Assembly: GCA_037137535.1 (NCBI GenBank)
Contig: JBAXKC010000017.1
Location: forward strand, 1 to 55,795
Reading direction: 5' to 3'
Source: a bacterium
GTDB taxonomy: Bacteria; Cyanobacteriota; Vampirovibrionia; Gastranaerophilales; JBAXKC01
DNA length: 55,795 nt
Shown: positions 29,250 to 37,626 of the stretch, in pieces
Layout of the letters: each line of letters opens with the position of its first letter
How positions within the stretch are numbered: position 1 is the first letter of the stretch
Position numbers and translations under genes: made by a program
The notes under the pieces: generated by a model
What the model saw: only the letters and a program-made list of their open reading frames with translations
Database searches by the model: none
What the model was told of the DNA's origin: nothing

Positions 29250-29414
29250 ATGGATGAAATAATAAACTCAATTCGAGAAGTTGCGGAAGAAACAGCAGAG
29301 GGATTATTCCCAGAAAACCAAATGGGTTGGCTTAAAGAAAGAACAAATTTTGTAGCAACTTTCATTAAAGATTTTGAAAACACCTATTACACAAAAAAGG
29401 CTATTCAAAAATGA
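29250..29414 (+). CDS. 54-aa early phage protein, missing from the ORF track
   Basis: GAGG RBS; MDEIINSIREVAEETAEGLFPENQMGW...; ATGA overlap with the next gene. Confidence 0.65.
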   Translation: MDEIINSIREVAEETAEGLFPENQMGWLKERTNFVATFIKDFENTYYTKKAIQK

Positions 29415-29668
29415 TTACTAAATTTAATTATGGTCAATGGCACGATGAATCAGATGTTGGACTTGGATGGGGATTTCCTAGCTTACAACTACACTATGCA
29501 AACAAAAAGATTATTTTAGACGACTTTCCCAACTCTTCCAAAGAAATAACAGTTGAACAGGCTCTTGATTTTGTAGAAATCTTTGCAGAGCAATTCTTTG
29601 AAAATGAACCAGAAGATATTGCAGATTCAATTATAAATTTTGAAATTGATTACTTAATGACAGCGTAA
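29411..29668 (+). CDS. Acidic early phage protein
   Basis: D/E-rich 85 aa, translationally coupled. Confidence 0.65.
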   Translation: MITKFNYGQWHDESDVGLGWGFPSLQLHYANKKIILDDFPNSSKEITVEQALDFVEIFAEQFFENEPEDIADSIINFEIDYLMTA

Positions 29669-29693
29669 ATATTTTTTTAAGAGGTAACAAATT

Positions 29694-30611
29694 ATGGCAA
29701 CAGTATTACAGCCACAGGCTTTTACAAACGAAGAAAGACAAAAGTATATTGGTGGATCTGATATATCCGCAGTTATGGGATTAAACAGATGGAAAACACC
29801 ATTAAAACTATGGGCGGAAAAAACAGGAAAAATTGAACCTGCTGATTTATCAAATGTTGATGCCGTTAAAATGGGAAATACTCTTGAAGAGTTTGTGGCT
29901 CAACAGTTTTCAACAGAAACAGGAAAAACAGTAAGAAGAGCACCTAAAAAATACACTCATAAAGAATACGATTTTATGGGAGCAAATATTGACAGACTTG
30001 TAACTGGAACAGATGAACTTCTTGAATGTAAAACTTGTTCCCTCTGGAAAAAAGATGAATGGGGCGGTGATGATATTCCTCAAGAATATATTCTACAAGT
30101 TATGTGGTACTTAGGAATAACAGGCAGAAAAACAGGATATATAGCAGTTTTAATTGGTGGTCAACATTTTAGATACAAAAAGATTGATTTTGATTCAGAA
30201 CTATTTGAAACAATGATTGAACAAGCGTTAGAGTTCTGGAATTGCGTACAAAATGACATTCCCCCTGCAATTTTACCTGCTGATTCAGAAACCTTGCTTG
30301 AATTGTATCCTAGCCACTCCGTAGACATTATTGAAAATATGGAAATAGAAGATAAAGTTGCTTATCTGCAAGAACTTAAAATGCACATTAAAAGTATGCA
30401 GGACGAACAAAAAGAAATTGAAACAGAGTTGAAAAATATCATCAATGAAAATATGGGAGTAAAAACTCCAAATTACGTTGTTACTTGGAAAGAACAAACC
30501 TCAAAAAGAGTTGATACTCAAAGACTTAAAGATGATGGAATATACGAACAATACTTATCCGAATCATCAACAAGAGTTTTAAGAATCGCTAAAAATAAGG
30601 GGGTAGCGTAA
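29694..30611 (+). CDS. YqaJ-family (lambda exonuclease-like) recombination nuclease
   Basis: RQKYIGGSD, ANIDR, LECKT, YILQV..Y. Confidence 0.93.
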   Translation: MATVLQPQAFTNEERQKYIGGSDISAVMGLNRWKTPLKLWAEKTGKIEPADLSNVDAVKMGNTLEEFVAQQFSTETGKTVRRAPKKYTHKEYDFMGANIDRLVTGTDELLECKTCSLWKKDEWGGDDIPQEYILQVMWYLGITGRKTGYIAVLIGGQHFRYKKIDFDSELFETMIEQALEFWNCVQNDIPPAILPADSETLLELYPSHSVDIIENMEIEDKVAYLQELKMHIKSMQDEQKEIETELKNIINENMGVKTPNYVVTWKEQTSKRVDTQRLKDDGIYEQYLSESSTRVLRIAKNKGVA

Positions 30612-31501
30612 TGTCAACACAAGCGCAAGTATCAGCTTTAAAGCAAAAGGCACAAGATAACAGACAAAAAGCTAAACCCATTCAAGCACTTATACAAAAC
30701 AGTTTAGCCGAACTTGGTAAAGCAGTACCAACCCATATGAACGCTGAAAGAATGGTGAGAATTGCTTTAACAACATTAAGATTAAATCCTAAATTAATGG
30801 ATTGTACACCAGAAAGTTTCTTAGGTGCATTATTTCAATCGGCACAATTAGGATTAGAACCAAATATTGAGGGACAGGCTTATATTATCCCTTATGAAAA
30901 TTCTAAAAAACTTAACGGCAAATGGGTAAAAGTAACAGAAGCACAATTTCAGATCGGATATAAAGGCTACGTTGAATTATTTTACAGACACGAAAAAGCA
31001 TTATCTTTGGATATGCAAGCAATAAGAAAAAATGACATTTTTGAATATGAATACGGAACAAACGCTTATATAAAACACGTTCCAAAATTTACAGACAGAG
31101 GCGAAGTAATTGCATATTATGTAGTCGCAAAATTAAAAGACGGTGGCACTCTGTTTAAAGTTATGTCTAAAGAAGAATGTATTGCACACGGTCAAAACCA
31201 TTCTAAATGCTATGTAACAAAAACTTGGAATGAAGAAACCAAAAGAATGGAAAAAGTTAAAGAGCCATATTTTACCGAGCATTCCCCTTGGGCTAAAGAC
31301 CCTGATGCAATGTGTTTGAAAACTGTATTAATTCAAACAATGAAATTATTACCAAAATCCGTAGAAATTCAGCACGCATTAAAAATGGATGCAACAACAA
31401 AAAGTAAAATCAATCTGGATATGATTAACATCCCTGATGAAACAAACTGGCAGGATGATTTAATCCCAATAGAAAGCGATGAAGTAATTGAGGAGGTATA
31501 A
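30611..31501 (+). CDS. recT: RecT single-strand annealing protein
   Basis: AQLGLEPN...AYIIPY, QFQIGYKGY, MCLKTV. Confidence 0.92.
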   Translation: MSTQAQVSALKQKAQDNRQKAKPIQALIQNSLAELGKAVPTHMNAERMVRIALTTLRLNPKLMDCTPESFLGALFQSAQLGLEPNIEGQAYIIPYENSKKLNGKWVKVTEAQFQIGYKGYVELFYRHEKALSLDMQAIRKNDIFEYEYGTNAYIKHVPKFTDRGEVIAYYVVAKLKDGGTLFKVMSKEECIAHGQNHSKCYVTKTWNEETKRMEKVKEPYFTEHSPWAKDPDAMCLKTVLIQTMKLLPKSVEIQHALKMDATTKSKINLDMINIPDETNWQDDLIPIESDEVIEEV

Positions 31502-31505
31502 AGAA

Positions 31506-31892
31506 ATGACTAATGAAGATAACAGCTTTAAATTAGCCGGCAAAGTGGCTTGGATTGGAATTAAGCATAACAGCGATACTGGAAAGCCTACAACAACTAT
31601 AAGACTTGATAAAAAACAATTAAACGGCACTTATATGAACTTATTTATTAAGTTCCACAACACAAAAAACAGAAACACCGCAGACATAATGATGAATGAA
31701 ATACAAAAAGACGATTTAATCAGAGTAAACGGACAAATAACCTCTTATAAAGATAAAAATACTAAGGAAGAAAAAATTCAATTAATCGGATGGGGTTATA
31801 AAAAAATCGAATGGGATCCTGCCAAGAAAAAGTTTGTTGATGTGGAAGATGAACAACCTGATGACACTTACGAAATGTATGACGAATATTAA
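31506..31892 (+). CDS. Putative single-stranded DNA-binding protein
   Basis: OB-fold-like pattern (LAGKV...IQKDDLIRVNGQITSY), acidic tail, GAGGAGG RBS, follows recT. Confidence 0.7.
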   Translation: MTNEDNSFKLAGKVAWIGIKHNSDTGKPTTTIRLDKKQLNGTYMNLFIKFHNTKNRNTADIMMNEIQKDDLIRVNGQITSYKDKNTKEEKIQLIGWGYKKIEWDPAKKKFVDVEDEQPDDTYEMYDEY

Positions 31893-31915
31893 TCATTTAT
31901 AAGTGAGAGTAGAAA

Positions 31916-32632
31916 ATGGACGGCTGGATTAAACTACATAGGCAAATAATTGAATGGGATTGGTACAAAGACCCTAATACTTTTAAACTGTTCTTGCATT
32001 TGCTCTTAATGGCTAATCATAACACCAATAAATGGCGAGGAGTTACGATTGAAAAAGGTCAAGTTCTTACAGGAAGAATAATTTTATCTCAACAAACAGG
32101 ACTTTCAGAACAAGAGATTAGAACTTCTTTAAAACGGTTAAAATCAACCAACGAACTAACCATCAAAACAACCGCCCAATATTCAATCATAACTTTAAAT
32201 AATTGGCATAAGTATCAAGACATCAACCAGCAATCTAACCAACAACTAACCAGCAATCAACCAGCTTCTAACCAGCAACTAACCACTAACAAGAATGAAA
32301 GAATTAAAGAATTAAATAATAATAATTTAACTAACGTTAAATTATATGGCGAATTTAAAAATATTTTTTTATCAAATGACGAAATTTTGAAATTAAGGGA
32401 AATTTACCAGGATAGATTCTCAGAAGCGATTGAAATTCTTTCAAGCTATGTAGCCTCTAAAGGTAAAAAGTACAAAAGCCATTATGCGGTACTCGGGAAA
32501 CATAATTGGGTTTACAAAAGATTGTTTGAAGATGAAAAAATCAGCAGAACCGCTAAAACAAAAACTTTCATATCGGCAAAACCTGCAACTGCAAATGTTA
32601 AAGAGGTAGATTATGAAAAATTGTCAAGATAG
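31916..32632 (+). CDS. Phage replication initiator (O-like/DnaD-type N-terminus)
   Basis: GWIKLHRQI...LFLHLLLMANH; internal iterons; precedes the loader. Confidence 0.85.
   Translation: MDGWIKLHRQIIEWDWYKDPNTFKLFLHLLLMANHNTNKWRGVTIEKGQVLTGRIILSQQTGLSEQEIRTSLKRLKSTNELTIKTTAQYSIITLNNWHKYQDINQQSNQQLTSNQPASNQQLTTNKNERIKELNNNNLTNVKLYGEFKNIFLSNDEILKLREIYQDRFSEAIEILSSYVASKGKKYKSHYAVLGKHNWVYKRLFEDEKISRTAKTKTFISAKPATANVKEVDYEKLSR
32146..32343. repeat. Iteron array and AT-rich tract, putative phage origin
   Basis: AACCA-core repeats at 32225, 32237, 32248, 32259, 32270, 32281 (11-12 bp period), plus 32146/32158/32170. Confidence 0.75.
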
Positions 32633-33413
32633 CATAGCAAAATTAACTAAAAATATGCCGCTTTCAGATTTTAATAATCCACCTGCGGATAAAAAAACAG
32701 ATTTATTTGTTTATTCGGAAGAATACCGCAAAATCTACAACGATTATAAATTTCAAGAGCAACTGCGTAATGCTCAAGAGATTTTTAAGGCAACAGGCAG
32801 TATTGAGGAAGTAAATAAATTTTGTAGGTCTGTACGGATGGCAGAACAGGCTCAAAATTTATTAAAGCAAAGCAAAATAAATAAAAGATTTTTATCCTGC
32901 ACCTTTGATAATTACAAAACAGAAAACAACATACAGCTAGAAGCTCATAAAAAAGCTAAAGCGTATGCAGGCAATATTGATAAATACCTTGAAAACGGTA
33001 CAAATCTAATAATTTGCGGTTATGGCAGTGTAGGAACTGGAAAAACTCATCTTGCAAATGCAATAGCAAGAGAACTTATGACCTCAAGTGGTATTCCTTG
33101 CAAGGTAATCAGAGTTGATGCGTTGATAAAAGAGCTAAAACAAACATTTTCCATTAAAGAATTTGTAGAGGTTGAAGTCTTAATCATTGACGATCTGGGA
33201 AAAGAAATTGGTACAGATTGGGTAACTGAACAGATTGATGCAATTGTAAACGCTAGATATGAGCGAATGAAACCGACAATTATCACTACTGAAAACGATA
33301 TTGATACATTAGAAAAAAATTATAACAACAAGGGCAGAGCTGTTATTTCAAGACTTACGCAAGATTTTTTCTTGATAAAGCTCAATGGGGAAGATTACAG
33401 AAAAAAAAGATAA
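32613..33413 (+). CDS. DnaC/IstB-like helicase loader ATPase
   Basis: GSVGTGKT, LIIDDLG, PTIITT, SRL, GEDYR. Confidence 0.92.
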   Translation: MKNCQDSIAKLTKNMPLSDFNNPPADKKTDLFVYSEEYRKIYNDYKFQEQLRNAQEIFKATGSIEEVNKFCRSVRMAEQAQNLLKQSKINKRFLSCTFDNYKTENNIQLEAHKKAKAYAGNIDKYLENGTNLIICGYGSVGTGKTHLANAIARELMTSSGIPCKVIRVDALIKELKQTFSIKEFVEVEVLIIDDLGKEIGTDWVTEQIDAIVNARYERMKPTIITTENDIDTLEKNYNNKGRAVISRLTQDFFLIKLNGEDYRKKR

Positions 33414-33439
33414 CTTTTGTCTGGAAAAGTTAAGGGTGG

Positions 33440-33961
33440 TTGAGTATGGAATTGTCAATATCAAATTATAAATTTGTTGAAAGCCAAGCTCATAGAATAG
33501 CTCACACAATATGCAGTAAAGAATATAACGGTTATACATTGACCTGTGAGTTTGATTTTATGCACGCAAAAGTATTTTTTCAAAGTAAAAGTTATTTGAA
33601 AAATACAGAGCAAAAATGTATCGGAATGCTTTTATATGACTTTGAAAATGACATTATAACGCTAAGAAAAACCTGTTTTGAAGCAGATAAACACGAACAC
33701 CATAAAAGCAATTCATTGGCTGTAAGTTACGACTTATTCAAGCATTTAAGAATTAAAGACAGGATTGAAATTCACGAAGTTAGCAGAGTTAGCAAGAAAT
33801 GCAATATCTACAAAATTGGAGTAAGAAAAGCAACCGACAAAGGACAATTTAGACACTATCAAAAAGAGGGTTATGAACTTCAATTTTTTATAGGTCGAGA
33901 GCATTTCAGAGTGGAAGAACAAAAAGTTCGTAAAACAAAAAGAATAAGGCAGGGAAAATGA
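33440..33961 (+). CDS. Hypothetical phage protein
   Basis: Co-oriented ORF in the early operon. Confidence 0.65.
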   Translation: MSMELSISNYKFVESQAHRIAHTICSKEYNGYTLTCEFDFMHAKVFFQSKSYLKNTEQKCIGMLLYDFENDIITLRKTCFEADKHEHHKSNSLAVSYDLFKHLRIKDRIEIHEVSRVSKKCNIYKIGVRKATDKGQFRHYQKEGYELQFFIGREHFRVEEQKVRKTKRIRQGK

Positions 33962-34080
33962 AAGATTTTGAATTAGAACCAGAAGAAACTGATGAAGAAA
34001 ACATTGATGAGGACTATATTCCTGATTATGAGGATGAAAGAGCTTCACTATTACGACACGATGATTATTTAAGTGCTTAA
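33958..34080 (+). CDS. 40-aa highly acidic peptide, missing from the ORF track
   Basis: ATGA overlap with the previous stop; MKDFELEPEETDEENIDEDYIPDYEDERASLLRHDDYLSA. Confidence 0.6.
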   Translation: MKDFELEPEETDEENIDEDYIPDYEDERASLLRHDDYLSA

Positions 34081-34087
34081 AAATACT

Positions 34088-34414
34088 ATGAAAAAGCCCT
34101 CTATGAACTCAGATATTAAAGAATTTGGTGTTCACATCATATCAAACGGCAAATTAATAAAAACACCATATATTCAAAGCACCGATGATTACAATCATTA
34201 CACGCATAATCTTCATCACTACATAAAATCAAGCAAATATTACAAAAATAAGGCTTGGTATGAAGAAAAGGGAATTAAACAAAAACTAATCTTTATGACA
34301 ATACGAATGCACGAAGATTTAGAAATATATCCAATATTGGATGATAAATTTTTCAAAAAATACGGCATAAAAAGACAGGATCTTTTATTCAATAAAAAAT
34401 GGTCTGAATACTAA
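34088..34414 (+). CDS. Hypothetical protein, possibly divergent HNH-like
   Basis: LHHYI...LIFMTIRMHEDL pattern; start re-set to ATG 34088. Confidence 0.5.
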   Translation: MKKPSMNSDIKEFGVHIISNGKLIKTPYIQSTDDYNHYTHNLHHYIKSSKYYKNKAWYEEKGIKQKLIFMTIRMHEDLEIYPILDDKFFKKYGIKRQDLLFNKKWSEY

Positions 34415-34428
34415 GAAAGTAGGAAAAA

Positions 34429-34863
34429 ATGGACGAAAAAGAATTAGCAACACTATTGAACGGCAGAGAATATCTATCAGAAATAACAAAAGAAGAGGAA
34501 GAACTTGCAAAGAAAAACGGTCTTGTGGTTGTTTTTGGTCAAAGCGATGACCTGATGGAATTTAGAGGAGCTATTAATGATGAATTTGATTGTTACGGCG
34601 GTGGTACTGCTTATTTAACAAAAGAGGGTTTGCTTGAAAATGATTGTGAGGACGAATATTGCCCTTACTTTAACAAAATACAGCAAGAAGCCACTCAAAT
34701 TTTAGCGGTTTGGATTGACGGAATAACTCCATTAGATGAAAAGGGCTGGACTTGGCAATATCGCTCAAAAGATTTAGAAGGGAAATTTGAAACCTTTGAA
34801 ATATTAGAAGATGGCGAAAAATACTGTAAAGGAATTGTATTCTCCATCTATAACCTGAAATAA
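34429..34863 (+). CDS. Acidic hypothetical phage protein
   Basis: AGGA RBS; LNGREY...GQSDDLMEFRGAI. Confidence 0.7.
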   Translation: MDEKELATLLNGREYLSEITKEEEELAKKNGLVVVFGQSDDLMEFRGAINDEFDCYGGGTAYLTKEGLLENDCEDEYCPYFNKIQQEATQILAVWIDGITPLDEKGWTWQYRSKDLEGKFETFEILEDGEKYCKGIVFSIYNLK

Positions 34864-34884
34864 GAAAGCGAGGTAAAAGCGTAA

Positions 34885-35247
34885 ATGCAACAAGAAGAAA
34901 TCAAGTTTGAAGAATTACTTGAAACGGTCAAAACGGTAAATTCAAAGGATAAAACAAGGCTATTAGGTCAATGTATTAACGATGAATTAACCGAATTACT
35001 CCAAAAAGTAAACGAATACAAAAAAGGTGCTGAATTAAATATCAAAATCACCATAATGCAGGGCGATAGAAACGAACTAAACATTTTAGCAGATATTTCT
35101 AAAAAAGTCCCAAAAGGCAAAATCAAGCAAAATGTATTCTATCAGGATTCAAAAGGGTCGTTATATATGGATGACCCAAGCCAGTTAAAACTGATAGATG
35201 CAAGGAAAGTCGAGAGTATAAATGAAAGAAAGGCATACAATGATTAA
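34885..35247 (+). CDS. Hypothetical phage protein
   Basis: GAGG RBS; early operon. Confidence 0.65.
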   Translation: MQQEEIKFEELLETVKTVNSKDKTRLLGQCINDELTELLQKVNEYKKGAELNIKITIMQGDRNELNILADISKKVPKGKIKQNVFYQDSKGSLYMDDPSQLKLIDARKVESINERKAYND

Positions 35248-35489
35248 AGCGGCAATTGATAAAATTTTAGAATTAAAAAATCAAGATACTGATTCTAAAG
35301 TTAAGGTTTAATGCCAATAAGATAAACGAAACTTATATTTTATTATCACTGTTAAGACGTATTGGCAAAAATGCACCTGAGGGAGTTAGTATTAAATGCT
35401 ATGCATATCAAACTAAGAATAAAACTACATTAACAGTATCTGATAATGATATTTCAAAACAAGCATTGGAGGTGAATAATGAACGATAG
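35240..35489 (+). pseudogene. Frameshifted small phage gene
   Basis: MIKAAIDKILELK... stops at 35311, while the +1 frame is open from the A6 run (~35275-35280) to TAG 35489. Span is 3n+1. Confidence 0.5.
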
Positions 35490-35928
35490 ATTAAAGTTTA
35501 GGGTATTTGATATTGCTAGAAATGAATATTGCGACTTAACAAGAGAAGATGTTTTATTTTTCATAGGGACAAATGGTAAGCTATGCAGATGTTTACTATA
35601 TGACGGCGGTTACACAGCATTAACATATCCTACTAATGAATTTTTTAAGGTTGAATTTTGCACAGAACTAAAAGACAAAAACAGCAAGCTTATATATGAG
35701 GGCGATATGTTTAAGCCAGACTATGACAACGAAGAAGAAAGTTGTATTGTTATTTGGGATGATGAAACAGCTAGTTTTAAAGTTCGTTGTGATGGTCATT
35801 TTGAGCAATGGAATGGTCTTTATGAAACAACTGTGGAATGGTCTGAGAATATTGAGCTTGCTGATTATCTAGGCGAAGAAATAATCGGCAACATCCACGA
35901 AAACCCTGAACTTTTAGAAATTAAATAA
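35479..35928 (+). CDS. YopX-family protein
   Basis: KFRVFD...LKDKNSKLIYEGD...IIGNIHENPELL. Confidence 0.9.
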   Translation: MNDRLKFRVFDIARNEYCDLTREDVLFFIGTNGKLCRCLLYDGGYTALTYPTNEFFKVEFCTELKDKNSKLIYEGDMFKPDYDNEEESCIVIWDDETASFKVRCDGHFEQWNGLYETTVEWSENIELADYLGEEIIGNIHENPELLEIK

Positions 35929-36150
35929 ATGGGTATTATTATAAAATATAAAAAATGGCGAAAATATCAAGACTACAGAATTAATCAATATTGCATATCG
36001 GAGTGTCCTAAGTGCATTGTGGATAAATCTAATGGATCTGCATTTTGTTGGGGAAAGTTTAGCAAAGACAGTAAAACTTATTTAGGACGTGGTATTGAAT
36101 GCGAAAAAATAATTAATTTTTGCTTTAGTGATGACGTTAAACAGATTTAA
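35929..36150 (+). CDS. Small Cys-rich hypothetical protein
   Basis: C-x3-C-x2-C...C...C; abuts the YopX stop. Confidence 0.5.
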   Translation: MGIIIKYKKWRKYQDYRINQYCISECPKCIVDKSNGSAFCWGKFSKDSKTYLGRGIECEKIINFCFSDDVKQI

Positions 36151-36170
36151 AAAGCGAGGAAAAATAAAAT

Positions 36171-36353
36171 ATGGAACTTATGACAATTGAAGATGTTAAG
36201 AACTTTTTTAAAGTAAAAAAAAGAAAAACCATTGATGATTGGCTTAACAGAGGAGTTTTAGACAAAGATAAACTTACTATAAAAGTGGGTGGTCGTAGAT
36301 TTTTTGTAAAAGAAAGGTTAATAGAATTTTTAAATACTCGATCCGCTTCTTGA
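36171..36353 (+). CDS. xis: Excisionase-like HTH protein
   Basis: LMTIEDVKNFFKV...TIDDW...IKVGGRRFF; directly upstream of the integrase. Confidence 0.8.
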   Translation: MELMTIEDVKNFFKVKKRKTIDDWLNRGVLDKDKLTIKVGGRRFFVKERLIEFLNTRSAS

Positions 36354-36403
36354 AAAGCGGACTTTCGAGGGCATTCTGAATTACATAATATGAAAAAATT
36401 AAT

Positions 36404-37399
36404 ATGAGTGTATATCAAAAAGGAAAAGCAGGTAAGTGGTACTATAAGTTTATGATAGATGGAGTGTTCTATCATAAAGCGTGTAAAGGTGCTACTTCCC
36501 ATAAAGAAGCTTTAAAATATGAAAACGAAATGAAGTCAGCGGTAATGCACGGCAATCTTGGCTTTGTTAATAAAAAAGGTAAAACCACATTACAGGAAGC
36601 AGTCGAACTTTTTATTAATTATTCAAAAGTTAATAAAAAAAGTTATCAGCTTGATGTAAACTATACCGCTAAATTTATTGAAGAATGGGGGGTAAATACT
36701 CCTTTGGTGGATATAACTCCTCAAAAAATAGAAGAATTCAAAGCTAAAAGATTAAAAATAAATTCTAATGCTACAGTTAATCGCTATGTAGCGGCTTTTA
36801 GTAAAATGTGTAATCTTTGTATTTCAAATAAAATGATAGAAAACAATACTTGTTTACACGTTACAAAGCTCAAAGAAAAAAATACAACTATTAGATTTTT
36901 AACAAAAAAAGAAGAACAAAGTTTATTTGAACAGATTCAAGGTACTTATCTTTATTCAATTGTGTTATGTGCATTACATACAGGAATGAGAAGAGGTGAA
37001 ATTTTAAATTTAAAATGGCAAAATATTACAGGCGGATACATAGAATTATTAGAAACAAAAAGTGGTAAGGCTAGAAAAATACCAATTTCAAATAAACTTC
37101 AAGAGGAATTAGACAAATTAGACAAAATTTCTGAATATGTTTTCACTAATCCTGCAACAAAAACTAAGTATATGGAGATAAAAAAAGGATTTAATAAAGC
37201 AGTTAAAGATGCTAATATAAAAAAGTTTAGGTTTCATGACCTTAGACATACTGCGGCAACAAGACTTGTAGAAAAAGGAATTGACCTTGTAGTTGTGCAA
37301 GAATTGTTAGGACATTCGCAAATATCTACAACAATGAGATATGCTCATCCAGTTCCTGAAAGAAAGCAAGTTGCTATTAATATTCTCAATGATTATTAA
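36404..37399 (+). CDS. int: Tyrosine recombinase/integrase
   Basis: TGMRRGE, TKSGK, FHDLRHT, LLGH, TMRY; N-terminal arm-binding-like beta domain. Confidence 0.96.
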   Translation: MSVYQKGKAGKWYYKFMIDGVFYHKACKGATSHKEALKYENEMKSAVMHGNLGFVNKKGKTTLQEAVELFINYSKVNKKSYQLDVNYTAKFIEEWGVNTPLVDITPQKIEEFKAKRLKINSNATVNRYVAAFSKMCNLCISNKMIENNTCLHVTKLKEKNTTIRFLTKKEEQSLFEQIQGTYLYSIVLCALHTGMRRGEILNLKWQNITGGYIELLETKSGKARKIPISNKLQEELDKLDKISEYVFTNPATKTKYMEIKKGFNKAVKDANIKKFRFHDLRHTAATRLVEKGIDLVVVQELLGHSQISTTMRYAHPVPERKQVAINILNDY

Positions 37400-37426
37400 T
37401 GTATCGCTTATTCTCTTTTAATTACG

Positions 37427-37447
37427 ATTAGACAAATATTAGACAAA
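37427..37447. promoter_or_regulatory. Putative integrase arm-type binding sites (right)
   Basis: ATTAGACAAAT-ATTAGACAAA tandem, matching 4998-5016. Confidence 0.7.
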
Positions 37448-37468
37448 CATTTAATAATATAAAGCTAT

Positions 37469-37519
37469 AAACAAGCCGACATGGGGAATCGAACCCCAGA
37501 CCTACAGTTTACGAAACTG
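37469..37519. repeat. Right att core
   Basis: Exact 51-bp copy of 4833-4883. Confidence 0.97.
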
Positions 37520-37546
37520 TTGCTCTACCGACTGAGCTATGTCGGC
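37474..37546 (-). tRNA. tRNA-Thr(CGT)
   Basis: GCCGACA acceptor stem, GCTC/GAGC D arm, ACAGT-TTCGTAA-ACTGT anticodon arm, TGGGG-TTCGATT-CCCCA T arm; CCA not encoded. Confidence 0.97.
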
Positions 37547-37590
37547 TTAATCTATAATTTACAAAAGTATAACTTAAAATAGTGAAATTG

Positions 37591-37616
37591 AAAAGAGCCT
37601 CAAAAAAGAGGCTCTT
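37591..37616 (-). terminator. Hairpin terminator after prs
   Basis: AAGAGCCTC-6nt-GAGGCTCTT. Confidence 0.65.
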
Positions 37617-37626
37617 AATCTATTGA

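Larger units (their letters stand above)
4833..37519. mobile_element. Temperate prophage with podovirus-like morphogenesis genes, integrated in tRNA-Thr(CGT)
   Basis: Flanking 51-bp repeats, tyrosine integrase, repressor, replication/recombination, terminase, portal, capsid, short-tail and lysis genes. No tape measure or sheath gene recognised. Confidence 0.95.

Noticed and set aside
28710-29383. Minus-strand ORFs 28710-28922 and 29015-29383
   Set aside because: Antisense shadows of better-supported plus-strand genes that have RBSs and coupling
32221-32290. CRISPR-like or DGR repeat
   Set aside because: Short 11-12 bp tandem units with no unique spacers, inside a CDS. No cas or reverse transcriptase gene was recognised in the window.
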